The notes below the pieces were generated by a model. The model did not search any database. It had not been told where the DNA came from and worked only from the letters and a program-made list of their open reading frames with translations. Positions 63,370-64,000 of a DNA stretch of 64,000 bases are shown piece by piece (the first letter of the stretch is position 1; each line of letters starts with the position of its first letter). A program made the translations under genes and the position numbers. The DNA comes from an uncultured Planctomycetaceae bacterium (GTDB lineage Bacteria; Planctomycetota; Planctomycetia; Pirellulales; PALSA-1355). The stretch covers positions 96,001 to 160,000 of the forward strand of contig CAWAUV010000007.1 in the NCBI GenBank assembly GCA_963785305.1, given 5' to 3'.

Positions 63370-64000
63370 TTATTCGTAACCGTCGAGAATGCCGATCGCG
63401 TCGTGGTCGCCGGAGCCGAAGATTTGAAAGTAATACCACTCGGCGTCGGATGGCTTTTGCCCGGAGATGAATGTTCCATCGGCTACGTGATGCAAGCACG
63501 GCTTGGCGATCGGCACTCCCCGGATCGTCGGATGCCATTGCTTGCCGTTAATGTCGATGATGAAAAACCCCTGCGCGAGCACTCGTCGGAACCAAGCAAA
63601 CGAAGCATCCTTGCCAGGGGGCGCCGCGCGAAAATGCCACTCGCAAGTGACCTTCCAATAGGGCTCGTCCTCGTCGGCGACAGACACCCCATCAAATACC
63701 GTTAGCAGCCCGGCGCCGGGGGGCCGATTCATCACGGTGTCTTCGTTGGTCGTCCAGATCAGCTCGTCTGCCAAGTCGTCGTCATAATCCTGCATGTTGC
63801 GCACGACGCGCAGCACTCTGTCCCACCGCGGCGCGCGGATGGGTGGATCAAAGCTCTCGCCGGCGGCCGTCAGGATGGCGTCGCCGTTCGCGTCCTGGTC
63901 GATTTCCTCTTCGGTTACGGCAAAGCTCCACGAAATATCAGGGGGCATATCAAGCGGCGACATGCCAAGCTGCATGTTCCCGGTGTATTGGGCGCGCACC
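63370..64000 (-). CDS. Putative phage tail protein, 3' part only
   Basis: DANGDAILTAAGESFDPPI...VVRN...YWKVTCEW...VLAQGF pattern recalled from planctomycete prophage tail regions; open to the window edge. Confidence 0.55.
   Translation of the reverse strand, partial: VRAQYTGNMQLGMSPLDMPPDISWSFAVTEEEIDQDANGDAILTAAGESFDPPIRAPRWDRVLRVVRNMQDYDDDLADELIWTTNEDTVMNRPPGAGLLTVFDGVSVADEDEPYWKVTCEWHFRAAPPGKDASFAWFRRVLAQGFFIIDINGKQWHPTIRGVPIAKPCLHHVADGTFISGQKPSDAEWYYFQIFGSGDHDAIGILDGYE

Larger units (their letters stand above)
37487..64000. mobile_element. Putative prophage integrated at tRNA-Asp (one end only; continues beyond the window)
   Basis: tRNA 3' fragment at the boundary, lower GC, defence-like cargo, phage-tail-like genes at 61-64 kb; no integrase or capsid gene in the window. 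Confidence 0.7.

Noticed and set aside
60875..64000. Diversity-generating retroelement or invertible tail-fibre cassette
   Set aside because: No reverse transcriptase, invertase or template/variable repeat pair seen in the window.

Overview
GC-rich bacterial chromosome segment, most likely Planctomycetota (inferred from the groEL-groES-groEL-dnaJ-grpE-fmdB-yacG operon, PQQ-propeller, ThuA and C25 genes, and REP-like palindromes). Left part (1-37.4 kb) is mostly core genome: pbp2-mreB, the chaperone operon, a higBA islet with an IS1-like remnant, Cys-rich periplasmic proteins, a CusA/CzcA-type RND pump and sugar genes. About 17 single-base frameshifts there look like assembly errors. A 3' half of tRNA-Asp(GTC) at about 37.44-37.49 kb looks like an attachment site. 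To its right, running off the window, is a putative integrated prophage ending in tail-like genes (61-64 kb). It carries about 23 kb of defence-like cargo: an uncharacterised soluble + membrane gene pair, a RosmerTA-like pair, an intact IS21, and a five-gene DISARM-related operon (DEAH/DUF1998 helicase-nuclease, SNF2, N6-MTase, PLD nuclease, NERD-helicase) lacking separate drmA/drmB. Smaller signals include a 161-bp MITE with a 10-bp target duplication, a candidate -1 frameshift at A9/A_AAA_AAG, and a sigma54-type promoter plus a shared motif upstream of the chaperone genes. All family calls come from motif recognition by eye; no searches were run.
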